Positions 1-7,496 are shown, counted from the stretch's first letter. The stretch: 32,000 bases of DNA from Candidatus Thorarchaeota archaeon (GCA_008080745.1 SHMX01000005.1:60001-92000), one strand, 5' to 3'. The notes: generated by a model from the sequence alone, not told the origin. Numbers and translations: made by a program.

Positions 1-135
1 GTAATCCACCACTGCAGGCCAGTAGACAATCTCAAGCTGTGGAAGTACTTCCAACAACGTTAGATGGAGATCTACTAATGATTGGTCACAACCCCAGCAT
101 GAGGTGAGCTGTGCAAGGGCAATTCGTTTAGCCAT
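1..135 (-). CDS. mvhG: [NiFe]-hydrogenase small (gamma) subunit MvhG, 5' part only (runs off the left edge)
   Basis: Not in the ORF track. Manual translation from the ATG at 135 gives MAKRIALAQLTSCWGCDQSLVDLHLTLLEVLPQLEIVYWPAVVDY, with the N-terminal CxxC of hydrogenase small subunits. It starts 2 nt after the mvhD stop, the canonical mvhD-G-A order. Confidence 0.85.
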   Translation of the reverse strand, partial: MAKRIALAQLTSCWGCDQSLVDLHLTLLEVLPQLEIVYWPAVVDY

Positions 136-137
136 AA

Positions 138-608
138 TCAATCACTCTCTCCTGCAGGATTGGGTCCAAGTCGCTTCACGGTTTCAACCATCGTCTTCAC
201 TCCTTCTGTAAAGACATCTCCTTCCGCAGCACTTGCCCATTGTAACCTTATTCGTTCTGGTTCAAGTCCAGCAGATTCTACCATCTTCTGAAGCAAGGCA
301 AAACGAGCTTGCATTTTCAGATTTCCTGTAGAATAATGGCAGTCTCCTGGATGACAGCCAGAAATTAACACTCCATCTGCCCCTTGATTGAGAGCGTCAA
401 GAATAAACGATGGGTCGATTCTACCTGTGCAGTTTACTCGGATAATTCTGACATTTGGTGGCATTTGCATCCTACTTGTGCCAGCTAGATCTGCGCCAGC
501 GTAACTGCACCAGTTGCAACAGAACGCAACAATTCTAGGTTCAAATCCCTTTGCTTTCTTGCGTTTGGATTTCGTTGCCGTCTTTGGTTCTTGTGAAGTT
601 GCTGTCAA
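138..608 (-). CDS. mvhD: Methyl-viologen-reducing hydrogenase delta subunit MvhD ([2Fe-2S], heterodisulfide reductase adaptor)
   Basis: Motifs AFCCNWCSYAGADLAG, RVNCTGRIDP, GADGVLISGCHPGDCHY. The likely start is TTG at 608, with SD GGAGGT at 618-623; the ORF track extends to the ATG at 680. Confidence 0.95.
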   Translation of the reverse strand: MTATSQEPKTATKSKRKKAKGFEPRIVAFCCNWCSYAGADLAGTSRMQMPPNVRIIRVNCTGRIDPSFILDALNQGADGVLISGCHPGDCHYSTGNLKMQARFALLQKMVESAGLEPERIRLQWASAAEGDVFTEGVKTMVETVKRLGPNPAGESD

Positions 609-766
609 GTTCGTGGGACCTCCCGCGGACAGTTTAGCTCCGGTTTGATGTCGCCCTATTAAGATTGCTGGATTAGTCATGTATATGTTTTATTTTTGGT
701 GAAAGGTATTGTTTTTATTGGTATAGCAGATTAGTATATCATAGACAGTTTGAGGAGCTAAAAATT

Positions 767-1000
767 GTGATAATGGCGTTCATAATGGCAAAAGTAGACT
801 CTCCAAAAGCGAGAGAAGTATTGGAAGAAGTACGAAATCTGGAAGAAGTCCAAGAGGCTTATCTTATCTATGGTGCATATGACTTGATAGTAAAGGGGAA
901 TTTCAAGAACCCTGAGGACCTGAGCGCATTTGTGGTTGATAGATTACGAGCAATAGAGGGAATCCATGATACAACCACTAATGTCTGTGCTACCTGCTAG
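767..1000 (+). CDS. Stand-alone Lrp/AsnC ligand-binding (RAM) domain protein (demi-FFRP)
   Basis: 77 aa; AFIMAKV...EVQEAYLIYGAYDLIVK...IEGIHDTTT matches the AsnC C-terminal pattern (GxYD); no HTH; SD GAGGAG at 752-757. Confidence 0.88.
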   Translation: MIMAFIMAKVDSPKAREVLEEVRNLEEVQEAYLIYGAYDLIVKGNFKNPEDLSAFVVDRLRAIEGIHDTTTNVCATC

Positions 1001-1022
1001 AACTGTGGGAGATTGTGTATAA

Positions 1023-1343
1023 TTGGTTACTGAAGTTCATAGTAAACGTATCTACACTTTCAAACCACGGTTTGGAGCTCAAGTGCATTTGACTGCTGCA
1101 GAGATTAGGTCCGCCATTCTGAATCTGGGGACCAAGATTAAAGGCGCAAAATACACAGTTGAAGTCTTGTCAGAAGATACAGATCAGATTGAGATTTACT
1201 GTATCGCACCCACAGGTGAACTGGTCTATGAGATGGACACGAAGATTATGTACAAGATTTTGAACTTTTGTGAAGCGAATAATCTCGACTTCAGTGTAGG
1301 TCCGCTTAAAGCAAAGACTCCTACAATGGACGAGTGGGAGTAG
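1023..1343 (+). CDS. Hypothetical protein, possibly a ferredoxin-like alpha/beta domain resembling the MscS cytoplasmic C-terminal domain
   Basis: 106-aa ORF with TTG start and GGGAG SD, 22 nt after the Lrp gene. The C-terminal half IEIYC...KILNFCEANNLDF resembles MscS/YnaI C-termini by eye. Confidence 0.6.
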   Translation: MVTEVHSKRIYTFKPRFGAQVHLTAAEIRSAILNLGTKIKGAKYTVEVLSEDTDQIEIYCIAPTGELVYEMDTKIMYKILNFCEANNLDFSVGPLKAKTPTMDEWE

Positions 1344-1370
1344 TTTTAGACTACTCCTTTCTATTTTTAG
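1344..1370 (+). terminator. Putative archaeal oligo-T terminator between convergent genes
   Basis: T-rich tract ttttagactactcctttctatttttag lies between the + strand stop at 1343 and the - strand stop at 1371. Confidence 0.3.
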
Positions 1371-2324
1371 TTATGTGAATCGTTTTCTTGTTTCCGATGC
1401 TTCTTGCATTTTTCCTTGTCCTTCTAGTGATTCAACTAGTCCAGCCCAAAGACGTTTATCCTCTGGGTCATGTCTTATAGCACTTCTATAACAATTCTCA
1501 GCGTCTTTGAATTGTTTTCCGACAAGATAGATTGCTCCAAGGCGAGCCCATGCCTCGGTAAAAGTAGAATCTAGCTCTGTAGCTCTCTTATAGGCCATGA
1601 AGCATTCTGGTATTCGATCAAGATTTAGTAAAACGGTACCACGGTTGAACCAGCCAATGGCATCTGTTGGACGTATTGCTTTGTGGCGGTCCAATGCATC
1701 CAATGCTTGTGGATAATCTCCTCTACCTGCCAAAATAGCACCGATCTCACGCCATGCTTGTGGATCTGAGGGATTCAGTTCAACTGTCTTCCGAAATGCC
1801 CTTTCCGCTTCTTTCATTTTGCCATCCATTTCATAAGTAAGGCCCAGATTGAACCAACAATCAGAATGAGAACTATTCAATTTCAGAGCCTTCCAATACA
1901 TTTTGATTGCATCACCTAGTTTTCCACTCTCACGATACAAATTCCCAAGATTATACCAGATTGTGTGCATATCCGGTTCTAATTTGCTTGCCCGTTTTAG
2001 AATCTCCTCAGCCTTCTTAACATCTCCCATAGTTTTTAGCAAAGATCCATAGTTCACCAGTATTGGTGCTTGATCCGGGTCGAGCTTCAACGAATGTTCA
2101 AATGCCTCAACAGCTTCATCGTTTCGGCCTAGTTGATACAATGCAACTCCAAGCATCCCCCACGCAAATGGATGTTTGCTTTCAATTTCAGTAGCCTGTC
2201 TGTAATATTTCTCAGCCTCAGGTATATTTCCTTGTTGTATAAGATCTGTGCCTTTGTTTATCAAACGAGAAAATTCCTCAGATATCTCAGGTGCTTTTTT
2301 TTCTTTCTTTCCAAATCGTACCAT
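1371..2324 (-). CDS. Tetratricopeptide repeat protein (about 8 TPRs plus a capping helix, no catalytic domain)
   Basis: Regular 34-aa repeats (AWGMLGVAL, IWYNLGNLY, CWFNLGLTY, AWARLGAIY). ATG at 2324 or GTG at 2339. Confidence 0.92.
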   Translation of the reverse strand: MVRFGKKEKKAPEISEEFSRLINKGTDLIQQGNIPEAEKYYRQATEIESKHPFAWGMLGVALYQLGRNDEAVEAFEHSLKLDPDQAPILVNYGSLLKTMGDVKKAEEILKRASKLEPDMHTIWYNLGNLYRESGKLGDAIKMYWKALKLNSSHSDCWFNLGLTYEMDGKMKEAERAFRKTVELNPSDPQAWREIGAILAGRGDYPQALDALDRHKAIRPTDAIGWFNRGTVLLNLDRIPECFMAYKRATELDSTFTEAWARLGAIYLVGKQFKDAENCYRSAIRHDPEDKRLWAGLVESLEGQGKMQEASETRKRFT

Positions 2325-2435
2325 ATTGATTTCCCTCACATTGGAGCGAACATCCTACCTCCAAGTCTAAATGACTCCTCTCCATCTAAAGGGAGTATAC
2401 CGATATAAGATTGCCGAGAATCATCAAAATGGATT

Positions 2436-4310
2436 CTATCTTCTTGGTTTGTCATCCAACAATCCGAGTCTTCTCAGTGTGGTATCGAATGGAATGCCAG
2501 TTTCTATATCCCACCCACGATATTCATAGTATTCGTCAAGCATCTGATTGAGTTCTACCACTTCTCCCTTATTCGGCCCTAATGGTGCTGGCTCGTCCGT
2601 AAGTCGTTTTGGTAACTGATCATCTTTTCGTGATATTCCCAATCTGATATTGAACAGCCGATTGAGATTTACGATTCTCTCTCCTATGGTCTGTAGTTCT
2701 TCCCGGGTAAAAACAAGTCCATTATGTATTCGGAGGGCAAGTGCAACATCTTCGTAATAGAATTCTGGAGGGATCTGTGTTCCATATTTACAAAGCCCCA
2801 CACTCTCAATCATGACCATATAGTCTTCACATTCCTTTACCATGATTCCTTTGTAGGTTGGATTCAGACGTTCTGCCATCTCTGGCAAGTATTCCTCACC
2901 AAATCGTTCTCTTATCTCATCGTCAAATCCCGCCTCATCAAGCACAGGAAACGAATAGAGATGATCAGCTCCTCTTGCAGCTGTTACTGCAGCTAATCCC
3001 ATAGATTTCTGAGCTCGTGGTTCTTGTCCGGCTATCTCTTGCTTCTTCACGGTCATAACGAATTTCTCTGTTCCCTTTCCAATCTTTTGAGCTGCGCGAT
3101 AGCTTCCCTCGGCCAAGACATCACCAAAACCTTCACGCATTGCTATCATCTTGGTCAGTTTCACCACTGTTTCATGATTCCCCCACGTTAGATCTATCCC
3201 TCCTGTATCTTCAGCAGTTAATAGACCCTCATCCCATGCTTCCATTGCCCAGGATATAGTAGCACCAAGTGATATCGTATCCATTCCATATTGGTTTGCC
3301 AAATGATGCGAGTAGAGTACAGATTCGACATTATCGTTCCCACAACGGGAACCTAATGATGATTGCGACTCAAACTCAGGAGATCCTCCCTCATAGCAGT
3401 ATGGTCCTGTGGGTACAGCAGTAAACCTTCCACAGCGTTGTAGACAACTCCAATCTGCTCTTGGTTTCACAAGATAATCTTTCGTGATGGTTTCACCGCT
3501 GATTGCTTCATAGCCGTCAAATACTCCTTGACGCATATTGTAGCTTGGAAGTCTTCCAATATGATGCATAAGTTCTACAAGATTTGTTGTTCCATATCGC
3601 GCACGTTCGGGGGTGAAGGGATTAGCAAGCATACGTCTGTAGAACTCATCCATATGCCTAAGGTAATCTATTGGTTCAGCTACCTCGATTTTACCCGTTC
3701 CCCGTACTGAGATTGCTTTTATTTTCTTTGAACCCATAACAGCTCCAAGACCCGAACGAGCTGATGCTCTATCTCTGTCATTCATCACTGCTGCAAACCG
3801 AACTAGGTTCTCACCGGCCTGTCCTATTGCTAAGACGCGGCTCTTTCTACCATATTTCTCTCTAAGATAATCATCCGTTTCAAAGACATCACTACCCCAT
3901 ATATCCTCGGCACTTTCCAGGGTAACATCAGAATCTCGGATATTCAGATAGACTGGATCTTTTGATGCGCCTGTAAATAATACCGCATCATATCCTGCAA
4001 GCTTAATTTCAGTACCCCAAAAACCAGCAGAATGACTCTCACCCCAGACATTGGTCAATGGGGATAAGGCTGCGACCACTATTCTTGATGCTTGAGGAAA
4101 CATGGATCCTGTCAATAGACCGGTTGCTATACCCAATACATTCTTGGGCGATAGAGGATCGATATCCGGTGGAATCTCATCGTATAACACTTTAGAGAGA
4201 TATCCTGCACCTAGAAGATACTTTTTTACAATATCTTCAGGTATCGGTCGTTTCTCTACTTCTCCTTTGGTTAGGTTGACCCAAAGAATCTCGCCACCTA
4301 CTCCTTTCAT
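2436..4310 (-). CDS. aor: Tungsten-dependent aldehyde:ferredoxin oxidoreductase family protein (WOR/AOR), copy 1
   Basis: VNLTKG...YLLG, SPLT..WGES, IGQAGENLVRFA, R.G.GAVMGSKKIKAI, GMDTIS, RGADHL, YYEYRGWD..TG.P. ATG at 4310 with SD GGAGG; the ORF track uses TTG at 4316. Confidence 0.95.
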   Translation of the reverse strand: MKGVGGEILWVNLTKGEVEKRPIPEDIVKKYLLGAGYLSKVLYDEIPPDIDPLSPKNVLGIATGLLTGSMFPQASRIVVAALSPLTNVWGESHSAGFWGTEIKLAGYDAVLFTGASKDPVYLNIRDSDVTLESAEDIWGSDVFETDDYLREKYGRKSRVLAIGQAGENLVRFAAVMNDRDRASARSGLGAVMGSKKIKAISVRGTGKIEVAEPIDYLRHMDEFYRRMLANPFTPERARYGTTNLVELMHHIGRLPSYNMRQGVFDGYEAISGETITKDYLVKPRADWSCLQRCGRFTAVPTGPYCYEGGSPEFESQSSLGSRCGNDNVESVLYSHHLANQYGMDTISLGATISWAMEAWDEGLLTAEDTGGIDLTWGNHETVVKLTKMIAMREGFGDVLAEGSYRAAQKIGKGTEKFVMTVKKQEIAGQEPRAQKSMGLAAVTAARGADHLYSFPVLDEAGFDDEIRERFGEEYLPEMAERLNPTYKGIMVKECEDYMVMIESVGLCKYGTQIPPEFYYEDVALALRIHNGLVFTREELQTIGERIVNLNRLFNIRLGISRKDDQLPKRLTDEPAPLGPNKGEVVELNQMLDEYYEYRGWDIETGIPFDTTLRRLGLLDDKPRR

Positions 4311-4312
4311 TA

Positions 4313-4801
4313 TCAAGCATCCTCCTTATCATAGAGTATATCTTTATGTTTTTCATGCAGTTCAGAAATCCGCCCCTCCGGATCTTTTTCCTTCAGATCT
4401 TCTTCTGAGGTCAACCAAATTGCATTTACTGGGCATCTTTCGACACACGCACCGCATTGAATACATTTGAATGCCTTTCCTGTGTCTGGGTGAATCCTAA
4501 TCGCAAAGTATGGACAAGCTTCAACGCATGCTCCAGTTCCATCACACCTCTTGTTGTTAACAATTACAACCCCCTTAGAGGTTCGCATAATTGCCTCATT
4601 TGGGCATGCCGTAATACAGGGTGCATCTTCGCAGTTTCTACAAAAGAGTGGGAAGTCTAGTCCTGGTTCTATTCTAACAGCTCGTACCCGCGCTCTTTCT
4701 GGACTTATCACTTTGTAGAATTTCATGCTACATACATTCACACAGATCATACATCCAGTACATATATGGGGGTCACCAATAACAAATCTCAATTCGCTCA
4801 C
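4313..4801 (-). CDS. Four-cluster iron-sulfur electron-transfer subunit (DmsB/HybA/NarH-like) partnering WOR copy 1
   Basis: CTGCMICVNVC, CRNCEDAPCITACP, CDGTGACVEACP, KCIQCGACVERCP; its stop lies 2 nt before the WOR ATG. Confidence 0.92.
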   Translation of the reverse strand: MSELRFVIGDPHICTGCMICVNVCSMKFYKVISPERARVRAVRIEPGLDFPLFCRNCEDAPCITACPNEAIMRTSKGVVIVNNKRCDGTGACVEACPYFAIRIHPDTGKAFKCIQCGACVERCPVNAIWLTSEEDLKEKDPEGRISELHEKHKDILYDKEDA

Positions 4802-6172
4802 CTATCTCTTCTCCTCTATTGTTCGCCCTCCCATGGGCTGAAATATTCCATGTCCGGGTTTAACAAGAATTCTGCCCTCTTCATATACTGGTACACCCCT
4901 GACCAATGTCATAAGTGGCACTCCTTTCATCTTCAAACCCTCATAAAGTGTCCAATCGCATTTGGATAGCATCATCTCAGCCGTTATCTTTTCCTCCTTG
5001 GTCTGGTCTACAATAACGATATCCGCATCCGAACCAACCTGTAATATACCCTTTTTTGGGTAGAGCCCAAATATTTTGGCTGGGTTCTTTGACGCAACTT
5101 GGAGAAGTCTTGGGTATGAGATACGATTTTTATTCAGACCCTCTGAGAGCAAAACACGAAGAATCATCTGAATTCCATCTACCCCTGCCCACGCTTGACG
5201 AATGTCATCTCTCCCCTCTTCCTTTTTTTCTATTGGACAGGGTGCATGGTCGCTTACGGTGATATCAATCATCCCTCGAAGCAATGCGGACCATAATTCC
5301 GCCTTATCTTGTTTGGACCTTAGAGGCGGATTCATTTTGCTTTTGGGTCCGATTCGATTCATCTCATCACGGTGAAACATAAGATGATGGGGACATACTT
5401 CCGTTGTGACCATGACTCCATTCAACTTTCCTCTCTCCACCTCACGAATGCCTTCTCTTGTAGAGATATGAGCAATATGCAGATGTCCGCCAGTCTTCTC
5501 AGCAATTCCAATGACATGTCTAACTGCAAGCTGTTCTGCCAAGTTTGGTCTTGATAAGGAATGACTGATGGGGGCATCCCATTCATTGAGCATGTCTTTG
5601 CTAAACTCATCTAGAACTCCTTGATCTTCACAATGGATGGTCACATGTCCTCCATTTACGGATACTTCGCTGAGAAGACGCGATATCACACCGGAGTTAG
5701 TATAGAATGGTTCACAGGTAAATGCTTTGAATGACGCCGCTCCGCGAGCAATCATCTCGGGAACAATTGGGTAGTTCTCAGCATTCATCATTCCTACATT
5801 GAAAGCAAAATCGACAATGGATAGGTTGGACCCATCTGCAATCTTTTCCTGTAACATATCTGGGGTATCCATCTGACTTACGAGTGGCATATCTACTATT
5901 GTGGTTACTCCTCCAGCCGCAGCAGCAAAGGAACCGGGGGTAAACTCTTCATGATCAAGCATTCCTCTGTCATGGATATGTGCATGTCCATCAATCAATC
6001 CTGGCATCACAATTTTCTGTTTGGCATCAATTACTCTATCAGCATCAGGTAGATGATTGTCGGTAGCAATTATAGATATGATACCATCACGGATACCTAT
6101 CCCTGCCTGAACAAGGCCCGATTCGAATAGCAATCTTCCATTTCTAATAACGATATCCACGGTTCTGCTCAT
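4802..6172 (-). CDS. Cyclic amidohydrolase, allantoinase/dihydropyrimidinase-like
   Basis: Binuclear metal motifs DGHAHI, carbamylated Lys in FKAF, HCED, HIAHIS, EVCPHHL, KMNPPLR, SDHAP. It lacks the HxHxR(EPG) arginine of dihydroorotases, and AWAGVDG resembles allantoinase WGGI.G. Confidence 0.85.
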   Translation of the reverse strand: MSRTVDIVIRNGRLLFESGLVQAGIGIRDGIISIIATDNHLPDADRVIDAKQKIVMPGLIDGHAHIHDRGMLDHEEFTPGSFAAAAGGVTTIVDMPLVSQMDTPDMLQEKIADGSNLSIVDFAFNVGMMNAENYPIVPEMIARGAASFKAFTCEPFYTNSGVISRLLSEVSVNGGHVTIHCEDQGVLDEFSKDMLNEWDAPISHSLSRPNLAEQLAVRHVIGIAEKTGGHLHIAHISTREGIREVERGKLNGVMVTTEVCPHHLMFHRDEMNRIGPKSKMNPPLRSKQDKAELWSALLRGMIDITVSDHAPCPIEKKEEGRDDIRQAWAGVDGIQMILRVLLSEGLNKNRISYPRLLQVASKNPAKIFGLYPKKGILQVGSDADIVIVDQTKEEKITAEMMLSKCDWTLYEGLKMKGVPLMTLVRGVPVYEEGRILVKPGHGIFQPMGGRTIEEKR

Positions 6173-6187
6173 TCTAAGGTTTTCCTC

Positions 6188-6478
6188 CTATTGTGGATTT
6201 CCGCCGCCAATGGGGGGGAAAATTGCAACAGCATCCCCATCTGAAAGTTTTGTGTCATATCCATCTAGGGTTTCAATCCGTTTTCCGTTTATCATACAAG
6301 AGAAGAATCGTTTCAGTCTTGTAGTACCCTCTTGGAACACTGTTTCTTGAAATTCCTTGTCATATTGTTTCTTCAGCTTTATGAGAAGTTCTCCTACTGT
6401 GTCTGCTTCCATGTCAACCTTTCCTGTTCCTGCTACACTTCGAACAGTTGCAAAGAACTTCACCGTGACTTTAGCCAA
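6188..6478 (-). CDS. moaD: MoaD/ThiS/SAMP-type ubiquitin-like sulfur carrier with a 4-aa extension after the GG motif
   Basis: VTVKFFATVR...INGKRI...LSDGDAVAIFPPIGG-GNPQ*. Start is TTG at 6478 or at 6487. Confidence 0.9.
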   Translation of the reverse strand: MAKVTVKFFATVRSVAGTGKVDMEADTVGELLIKLKKQYDKEFQETVFQEGTTRLKRFFSCMINGKRIETLDGYDTKLSDGDAVAIFPPIGGGNPQ

Positions 6479-6504
6479 ATCCAACACCTACTAGACAAAG
6501 GCTT

Positions 6505-6518
6505 GAAGATGTTTTAAC
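6505..6518 (+). promoter_or_regulatory. Putative BRE/TATA element in the divergent moaD / pfkB intergenic region
   Basis: gaagatgttttaac: a purine-rich run followed by TTTTAA. Similar elements at 12829-12841 (gaaaatgtttatc) and 26225-26236 (caagattataat). Confidence 0.3.
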
Positions 6519-6602
6519 AGTTCGGAAATGTTATTGAAGTCGTTCCATAGACATATAGGGAATAATCTCTATTTGCTCTACTGTAATTCTGGAGTTGATA
6601 GC

Positions 6603-7496
6603 GTGGAGATAGTTGTCGTTGGTCATCTGAGCAGGGACCTTATCATTACCCCGGATTTGACAAGAGAGAGTCTCGGTGGTGCTCCAGCATATGCGATGAT
6701 TGCCCCTGCCATTGGTGCTCTCGGAGCGGGTATTGTGTCTCGAATAGGTTCAGACTTTGAACAGTCATATTTGAACGCACTTTACAGGTCTGGCCTTGAT
6801 CTCACGGGACTGAGAACTAGTCAAGACAAGTCCACCCGGTTTATCAATATCTACAACGCTGAGGGCGAGCGTACTCAACGAATAGAGTCAATCGCACCTC
6901 CTATTCATGGTTATGATTATTTACCAAAACATCTCTTGGCATCTATCTTTCATTTTTCTCCTCTTACCCCTGATGAGATTCATATCTCCTGTATTGAAAC
7001 TGCAAAGAGTTCGGGAGCATTGGTTTCTCTGGATGTTCAAGGATATTTACGGAATATTTCGGGGGAGAATGTCACATTATCTCGTTGGGAGTATCCCGAT
7101 GAAGTACTGAAATTTGTCGATATTGTCAAGGCCGAGGAATCCGAGGTGAAGTTCATATTTGAAGCGAAGACGGAGGTTTCAGCCGTATCTCGCATTTTGA
7201 GCCTGGGTCCTAGAGTTGTAATTATTACACGTAGCCAGAAAGGTTCAACTATCTACACCAGAAATAATCACGTTGATATACCACTAGTGTTGGCTGACAA
7301 GTTCATTGACAGTACAGGGTGTGGGGATGTCTATTCTATCGGATTTCTACTCTCTTACATGCGAACCGGAGATGTAAGTAAGGCTGGACTCTTTGGAGCA
7401 ACGTGTGCGTCTTTCAACTTGGAATCAATTGGCCCATATAATCCTCCCTCTATTGAACAGGTGGAGGAACGAATGCGAACCTATCTCCATGGCTGA
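6603..7496 (+). CDS. PfkB/ribokinase family carbohydrate or nucleoside kinase
   Basis: VVVGHLSRD, GGAPAYA, G.VSRIGSDF, VIITRSQKGS, DSTGCGDVY (PfkB signature variant). GTG at 6603 follows a GGAG SD; the ORF track starts at 6528. Confidence 0.88.
   Translation: MEIVVVGHLSRDLIITPDLTRESLGGAPAYAMIAPAIGALGAGIVSRIGSDFEQSYLNALYRSGLDLTGLRTSQDKSTRFINIYNAEGERTQRIESIAPPIHGYDYLPKHLLASIFHFSPLTPDEIHISCIETAKSSGALVSLDVQGYLRNISGENVTLSRWEYPDEVLKFVDIVKAEESEVKFIFEAKTEVSAVSRILSLGPRVVIITRSQKGSTIYTRNNHVDIPLVLADKFIDSTGCGDVYSIGFLLSYMRTGDVSKAGLFGATCASFNLESIGPYNPPSIEQVEERMRTYLHG

Noticed and set aside
136-608. Possible selenocysteine (TGA read-through) in MvhD or other redox genes
   Set aside because: All cluster positions in MvhD, the visible part of MvhG, the WORs and the FeS subunits are ordinary codons. 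The TGA at 138-140 is at the normal MvhD C-terminus and is followed by the mvhG start. No convincing SECIS was seen.
2336-2362. Mini-ORF ATG TTC GCT CCA ATG TGA behind GGAGGT, overlapping the TPR GTG; a similar ATG ATG TGA overlaps the NYN start (26110-26118)
   Set aside because: SD-to-ATG spacing is only 3 nt in both cases, and any AT-GTG-A start context creates ATGTGA by chance. There is no evidence of translation.
6212-6218. G7/C7 homopolymer in moaD as the cause of the C-terminal extension, or as a phase-variation site
   Set aside because: It encodes the conserved FPP upstream of GG in the correct frame. An indel there would destroy the GG rather than extend it.
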